From the NCBI GenBank assembly GCA_951406725.2, contig OX597824.1, positions 19,654,001-19,718,000 of the forward strand: a stretch of 64,000 nucleotides of DNA. Direction: 5' to 3'. Shown one piece after another: positions 55,767-64,000 of the stretch (positions are counted from its first letter, which is position 1; the number at the start of each line of letters is the position of its first letter). The DNA comes from Octopus vulgaris. Lineage: Eukaryota. A program made the translations under genes and the position numbers. Below the pieces are notes generated by a model. That model was not told the DNA's origin, did no database searches, and saw only the letters and a list, made by a program, of their open reading frames with translations.

Positions 55767-55807
<41 letters not shown>

Positions 55808-56052
55808 TATAAATACTTTCCCACCCCACCCCACCCACCACCACCCCCGCTTTCGCCTCTTTCCTTCCTTCCCCACCCCTCCCCCCCCCATCTCCCTCTC
55901 TCTCTCTCAATCTCTTCCGTGTTCGGAAATTCTCGAAAACACTGTCAGTGTTTTGAAAATTTGGAGGTAAAATGTAAATAAATAAATAAATAAATAAAGA
56001 AAGAAAGAATTGATTAAACATATAAATAAATATATAAATGCGTTTCATTGTC

Positions 56053-56129
<77 letters not shown>

Positions 56130-56266
56130 TTCTTTTTATTACAGCTGTATCCACCCCACGTTATCTACTTCTATGTCCATATATACACGTTTATATATAT
56201 ACGTGTGTGTATATATATGCGCGTGCGACGAAATTATGTATACATCTCTCTGCATATGCGTGAGTG

Positions 56267-56303
<37 letters not shown>

Positions 56304-56323
56304 GCACATATATATATGCGATA

Positions 56324-56435
<112 letters not shown>

Positions 56436-56473
56436 ATATATATATATATATATATATATCATATATATATACG

Positions 56474-56510
<37 letters not shown>

Positions 56511-56692
56511 GTATATATGCATATACACACATATATAAACGTGCATCTATTTATTAGGTTCTTTGACGTTTAATGTCTTCCACTGATTTTAAATGTGTCA
56601 CAAATTTGTTTTTTAATTTATATTCACAAACAAACGCGTGTGCACACTAACACACACACAATTTAAAACCCCATACATGCATGCATTCTTGC

Positions 56693-56738
<46 letters not shown>

Positions 56739-56749
56739 CTATGTTTGTG

Positions 56750-56784
<35 letters not shown>

Positions 56785-56938
56785 CTATGTATATGTATGT
56801 GTATATATATATATATATACACATTATATGCACCTGAGTAACATATATATATATATTTATCTATACACATATGCATGTATGTATGTATGAAAGTAATAAT
56901 AATGATAATAATAAAGAAATTATTTTCAATATTATTGT

Positions 56939-56987
<49 letters not shown>

Positions 56988-57057
56988 CGTATTCATGCAT
57001 GTATGTATGTATGTATGTATGTATGTATGTATGCATGCATGTATATATGTATGTATG

Positions 57058-57091
<34 letters not shown>

Positions 57092-57154
57092 TGTATGTAT
57101 GTATGAATGTATGTGTCTATATATATATATTTACATGCATAAAAATAATTATGT

Positions 57155-57410
57155 TTGTGTGTGACCCGTTCTATTTGCACGTGTCAACTCCACTCCTCCC
57201 ACCGTTCGACAGCCAGTGTTGGTTTGTTTACGTTTATGTAACTTAACAGTTCGGCCTGAGGCCTCGATAAAAAAAACAAAAAAACAAGCACAAGTCATAG
57301 GGGTGCGTACCGGGGTTCATTTGTTCCGCTCAAAGCAAAACTGGGAAAACTCTCAATGTGAAAACCTAGCATAGCCGCAGTTTCATAACACACACACACA
57401 CACACACACA

Positions 57411-57478
<68 letters not shown>

Positions 57479-57690
57479 CTATGTGTCTATTTCTTTACAT
57501 ATTTTTTTCATATTTTTTGCTTGTTTTAGCGATTTGACTACGGCCATTCTGGAGCATCGCATTGAAGAGTCTTATTTTTTTTATACCTGACACTTATTGT
57601 ATCGGTCTGTTTTGCCGAACCACTATAGCTACGAGGACGTAAACGTACCAACACCGGGGGTCGAAGACACAAAGACACATACACACAAAT
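57155..57690. mobile_element. Two old SINE A 3' halves, tail to tail (+ ~57155-57385, - ~57520-57690)
   Basis: Degenerate consensus matches separated by (CA)n. Confidence 0.6.
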
Positions 57691-57718
57691 GCATATATGT
57701 ATACATATACATATACAT

Positions 57719-57770
<52 letters not shown>

Positions 57771-57773
<3 letters not shown>

Positions 57774-58020
57774 CGCAGAACTGGATGTGTGCTAAGACGC
57801 TTGCTTACGAACCACATGGTTCCAGGTTCAGTCCCGCTGAGTGGCACCTCGTCAGACTGTCTTCTGCTATAGCCTCGGACCGATCAAAGCCTTGAGAGTG
57901 GATTTGCTAGATGGAAACTGAAAGTAGCCCGTCACTTGCCCGAGGTGACGCGCAGTGGGACTGAACCTGGAACCATGTGGTTGGATAGCAAATGTCTTAG
58001 CATACACCCTCTTCTGCGCC

Positions 58021-58021
<1 letters not shown>
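57771..58021. mobile_element. Fold-back pair of SINE A heads
   Basis: A + strand head (57771-57932) is joined directly to a - strand head (57933-58021). Confidence 0.82.
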
Positions 58022-58059
<38 letters not shown>

Positions 58060-58089
58060 ATGTATATAAATAAATATATGTACACATGT

Positions 58090-58790
58090 CTTTTACTTGT
58101 TTCAGATATTTGACTGCGGCCATGCTGGAGCACCGCCTTTAGTCGAGCAAATCGACCCCAGGACTTATTTTTTGTAAGCCTAGTACTTATTCTATCGAAT
58201 CCCTTTGCCGAACCGCCAGGTTACGGGGGACGCAAACACACCAGCATCGGTTGTCAAGCGATGTTGAGAGGGGACAAGCACAGACACACAAACACAGACA
58301 CATACCTACATACATACATACATACATACATACATACATACATACATACATACATACATACATACATAAATACATATATATATAGGCGCAGGAGCGGCTG
58401 TGTGGTAAGTAGCTTGCGAACCAACTACATGGTTCCGGGTTCAGTCCCACTGCGTGGCATCTTGGGCACGTGTCTTCTGCTATAGCCTCGGGCCGACCAA
58501 TGCCTTGTGAGTGGATTTGATAGGCGGAAACTGAAAGAAGCCTGTCGTATATATGTATATATGTGCATCTGTATATGTGTGTGTGTGTGTTTGTCCCCCT
58601 AGCATTGCTTGACAACCGATGCTGGTGTGTTTACGTCCCCGTTACCTAGCGGTTCGGCAAAAGAGACGACCGATAGAATAAGTACTGGGCTTACAAAATA
58701 ATAAGTCCTGGGGTCGAGTTGCTCGACTAAAGGCGGTGCTCCAGTATGGCCGCAGTCAAATGACTGAAACAAGAAAAAGAGTAAAGAGTA
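58090..58790. mobile_element. SINE A 3' half (-, 58090-58300) and full-length SINE A (+, 58384-58790)
   Basis: Consensus matches. Confidence 0.9.
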
Positions 58791-58954
58791 TATATATATA
58801 TATATATATATATATACGACGACATACTCACACATACACACATATGCACACACATTGCGTATGTTATTCTCTTTTACTCTTCATAGGTGTGTCTCTATAC
58901 ATGTTTGTATGTATGTATGTATGTATGTATGTATGTATGTATGTATGTATGTAT

Positions 58955-59246
58955 TGAGTGACAACCTGGCCACTGGTGGTGGTGTAACACACCATACTAA
59001 TCATATCTGTCGGGCATGTGGAAGAGAGTGTAATTCGGCAGGAGGACTTAAACAACATGCAAAGGTACATGAAGCCCAGTTACAACTACAGCCGGCTATT
59101 ATTACCTGTAAAGGTTTTAGCTGCCAATTTTGTACAAGACATTGTAGATCTTTAGCTGAGCTAAAAAGTCACATTCGATCACAGAACCAGTAACAGTTAA
59201 GCTTCGTGCAATGGCCATACTCGATAACGAGGGGGCAGCCATCATG
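58955..59246 (+). mobile_element. RTE (BovB-like) LINE 3' fragment with two C2H2-type zinc fingers
   Basis: CRACGRECNSAGGLKQHAKVH and CQFCTRHCRSLAELKSHIRS, stop at 59193, short UTR ATGGCCATACTCGATAACGAGGGGGCAGCCATC; embedded in (TATG)n. Confidence 0.7.
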
Positions 59247-59689
59247 CATGTATGTATGTATGTATGTATGTATGTATGTATGTATGTATGTATGTATGTA
59301 TGTATGTATGTATGTATGTATATATGTATGCGTGTATGTATGTATGTATGTATGTAGGTGTGTGTGTATGTATGTATGTATGCGTGTGTGTATGTATGTA
59401 TATATGTATGTATGTATATATGTATGTATGCGTGTATGCATGTATCCGTGTATGTATTTGTGTATGTGTGAATGTGTGTATGTATGAATGATGTATGTAT
59501 GTATGTATACATGTGCATGTATGTATTTATGTATGTATGTATGCGTGTATGTATGTATGTATGCGTGTATGTATGTATGTATGTTTGTATGTATGTATGT
59601 ATGTACGTATGTATGTATGATGTACAGCAATGTGTATGTATGTATCTGCCTATTTATCTATCCACCCACCCACCCATCCATCCATCCAC

Positions 59690-59759
<70 letters not shown>

Positions 59760-59779
59760 CTATCTTCTCTCTTGCCCCT

Positions 59780-59816
<37 letters not shown>

Positions 59817-59821
59817 ATCTA

Positions 59822-59856
<35 letters not shown>

Positions 59857-59862
59857 CTATCT

Positions 59863-59893
<31 letters not shown>

Positions 59894-59910
59894 CTCTCTC
59901 TATCTATCTA

Positions 59911-59945
<35 letters not shown>

Positions 59946-60064
59946 CTATCTTCTCTCTTGCCCCTTCTCTCTCTCTCTCTATCTATCTCTCTCTCTCTAT
60001 CTATCTATCTGTCTGTCTATCTATCTATCTATCTATCTGTCTAATACCTGCATATATGTATACT

Positions 60065-60286
60065 CATTTTACTCTTTTACTCTTTTACTTGTTTCAGTCA
60101 TTTGAATGCGGCCATGCTGGAGCACCGCCTTTAGTCGAGCAAATCGACCCCGGGACTTATTCTTTGTAAGCCCAGTACTTATTCTATCGGTCTCTTTTGC
60201 CGAACAGCTAAGTGACGCGGACGTAAACACACCAGCATCAGTTGTCAAGCAATGCTGGGGGGACAAACACAGACACACAAACATAT

Positions 60287-60319
<33 letters not shown>

Positions 60320-60491
60320 CATATATACGACAGGCTTCTTTCAGTTTCCGTCTACCAAATCCACTCACAAGGCATTGGTCGGCCCGGCGCTATAGCAGAA
60401 GATACTTGCCCAAGATGCCACGCAGTGGGACTGAACCCGGAACCATGTGGTTGGTTAGCAAGCTACTTACCACACAGCCACTCCTGCGCCT
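60065..60491 (-). mobile_element. SINE family A, full length
   Basis: Close consensus match. Confidence 0.93.
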
Positions 60492-60556
60492 ATGTATGTA
60501 TGTATGTATGTATGTATGTATGTATGTATGTATGTATGTATGTATGTATGTATGTA

Positions 60557-60616
<60 letters not shown>

Positions 60617-60865
60617 CGTATGTGTGTTGCTGCGATTTTGGAAAAAATGAGAGGCGGGCGATTCGACATGCATCCGTTCGGTAGTTTGAATGCAGATTTT
60701 GCATCACGTTATGGAGAGCGCGAACACACATTCACAAACGAATGCGTGTGTTTGTCAATCGCATCTCGGGGGGGATCGTGTGCGTGTGCGCGCAGCGGGC
60801 GCGCGCGTGTGTGCGTGTGTTTGTGCAGGCGTGAGTGTGTGTGGTGATGGACTGCATGTGCGCGC

Positions 60866-60899
<34 letters not shown>

Positions 60900-61466
60900 T
60901 TGTGGAATGTATTCAAGTGTATGGATGTGCACGTTTCTATGTATGTAGGCATTAAACCATGTTCTTATATGCGATTCCGTACAGTATCCATAAGGATTTG
61001 TGTGAATGACTTTGAAATGAAATTTAAATACCCACACACACACACACGTACAAACACACATATACACACAAGCACACGCGCACGAACACACATAAATAAA
61101 TAAATAAATATATATATATATATACATACAAACGTACAGGCAGATCGATCATACAGATAGACAAACAGATAGATAGAAGGATAGATAGATACATACATAA
61201 ATACTTACATACATACATACACATTGCTGAACATCATACATACATACGTACGTATATACATGATACATACATAGACACATACATACATACATACATACAT
61301 ACATACATACATACATACATACATACATACATACATACATACACACATACATACACCATTCATACATGCATACATACATAAATATATATACATACATACA
61401 ATACATACATACATACAATACATACATACATACAATACATACATACATACATACATAATACATACA

Positions 61467-61502
<36 letters not shown>

Positions 61503-62352
61503 CATACATACATACATACATACATACATACATACATACATACATACATACATACATACATACATACATACATACATACATACATACATACATACATACA
61601 TACATACTTACATACATACATACACACATACATACATACACATACACACACATACATACATACATACATACATACATACATACATACATACATACATACA
61701 CATACATACATACACACATACATACACACATACATACACACATACATACATACATACACACACACATACATACACACAAACACATACACACACACACACA
61801 CACACATACATACATACATACATACATACATACATACATACATACATACATACATACATACATACATACATACATACACACACACATACACACATGCACA
61901 CAAGCATAGATTGAGGGAGGTGAGGGGCCATGGTTCACGGATCCTTAAACTTTCACCCATCTTAGACAAACAACATCGTCAAACTCCAAACTTACTATTA
62001 ACACCCATAAAAAAAATACACATGTCAAGCAACACCCGGTATTGAATACTACCTTTATTTAATTTTATATCTAGAATATTACAATACCATAATTATACAA
62101 TGTGTTTTGCTTCTAAAACGCATGGAAACGTACTCTGACTGCTCTGATTCCGTGCGGAGCACTCAATACCTGAACGAAATGAGACTTCATCGTAATTGCT
62201 GAACTTTCCACAGTAGTTACTCAACGACGGAAAGTGCAGTTCGATACGTGATTTTCAAATGAATGACTATAATAAAGCCAAGTCGGTACTCGGTTCGTAA
62301 GATCTATACACACACAGACACACATATAAATATATATATATATGTATATGCG

Positions 62353-62383
<31 letters not shown>

Positions 62384-62636
62384 GTGTGTTTCTGTGTGTG
62401 TGTGTGTGTATAGCAACAATAATAATAATAATGAAAATGCATAGAAGGAATTTCTAAATGTTTTTATGTATATATGTGTGCCGCCTGTGATTCTGGGGGT
62501 GTGTGCATGTGTGTATCCATGCATATCTGTGTGTGCGTATATATATATATATGTATATATGTCTATATATATATATATATACATACATATATGCATATAT
62601 ATATTATATATATATATATATACATATATATATACA

Positions 62637-62680
<44 letters not shown>

Positions 62681-62736
62681 TGAATATTTATATATATATA
62701 CATAGTAAATATATACGTATATATATACATATATAC

Positions 62737-62802
<66 letters not shown>

Positions 62803-63443
62803 GTATGAATGTATGTATGTATGTATACAAACACACAGAGATTATAAATGTTAATGTGTGCACGTGTGCTGGTGTGTATGCATTTATATAGACAGGTATC
62901 AGGATATCCCTGTATGTAAACATATCTATAAATATGTATGTGTGAGTGTGTGTATAGGTAGATACATACATAGATACATACGTACATACATACATACACA
63001 CATACATACATACATACATACATACATACATACATACATACATACATACATACATACATACATACATACAAACATACATACATACATACATACATACATA
63101 CATACATACATACATACATACATACATACATACATACATAGGCAGATAGATACGCAAATAAGAGAATTTATGCGTATACATATACAGACAAAAATATGTA
63201 TACCATACATGTCGAATCTATGCGGGTAAGTACCTTCTACAGACATCATAAAGTTTATACAAATGTACAAACACATTTATGGAGAGATAAACAACACGGA
63301 TATAGATTTAGATATACGTTTACATATTTAGATATGTAACTCTATAAACATACATGTTTGAGTGCATAAGCATATCTGGGCGTACACAGAGATAACATGA
63401 TGCACATGTATATGTATACATACATATATATATATATATATGA

Positions 63444-63484
<41 letters not shown>

Positions 63485-63537
63485 ACATGCCCTGGTCCAA
63501 TCTTTGGTCGAAACATAACTAAGTTTAAAGTTTTGTC

Positions 63538-63572
<35 letters not shown>

Positions 63573-63589
63573 TCATATATGTGTATGTA

Positions 63590-63635
<46 letters not shown>

Positions 63636-63711
63636 TATGTATATATATATACACATACATATGATATATATCTGATATATATATATATGTATGTGTGTGT
63701 GTATATTATAT

Positions 63712-63764
<53 letters not shown>

Positions 63765-63876
63765 CACATACATACATACATACATACATACATACATACA
63801 TACATACATACATACATACATACATACATACATACATACATACATACATACATACATACATACATACATACATACA

Positions 63877-63910
<34 letters not shown>

Positions 63911-64000
63911 CATACATGCATACATACATACATGCATACATACATACACATGCACATAAACAAACATATATATTCATTTACTTGTTTTCATATACAGGTA

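Noticed and set aside
58855-59193. Host C2H2 zinc-finger gene exon
   Set aside because: No TGEKP linker, the ORF start lies in a microsatellite, and an RTE-like short 3' UTR and repeat tail follow; a LINE C-terminus fits better.
60106-60684. Recurrent peptide [13 protein letters not shown]...[15 protein letters not shown] suggesting a gene family
   Set aside because: It is the antisense translation of SINE A, frequently frameshifted.

Overview
Eukaryotic, non-coding, very repeat-dense window (AT-rich, a large share microsatellite). No intact host protein-coding gene, rRNA, true tRNA or CRISPR array is supportable; almost every ORF in the supplied track is a microsatellite translation artefact. 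The repeat landscape (very long (TA)n/(TATG)n/(TAGA)n/(AAT)n tracts and several tRNA-derived SINE families) most resembles a coleoid cephalopod genome, probably Octopus; this is inference. Recognisable elements: more than 20 copies of one tRNA-derived SINE (family A) and four other SINE types that exchange head, core and tail modules; a full-length decayed mariner with TIRs; a hAT MITE nested in another hAT MITE; three non-autonomous Helitrons; Penelope-like element (PLE) fragments (RT and GIY-YIG); R4/Dong-like, RTE, CR1 and probable L1/Tx1 LINE fragments; and a 16-bp satellite with an 80-bp higher-order repeat. The most interesting signals are (i) several short ORF-less PLE-type elements carrying minimal type I hammerhead-ribozyme folds with palindromic stem III and family-fixed core variants, and (ii) a ~560-bp ORF-less element without evident Pol III boxes, found mostly inside (AAT)n tracts and next to R4/Dong 3' ends. 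Family labels A-E are my own. All assignments come from motif reading by eye, and coordinates of degraded elements are approximate.
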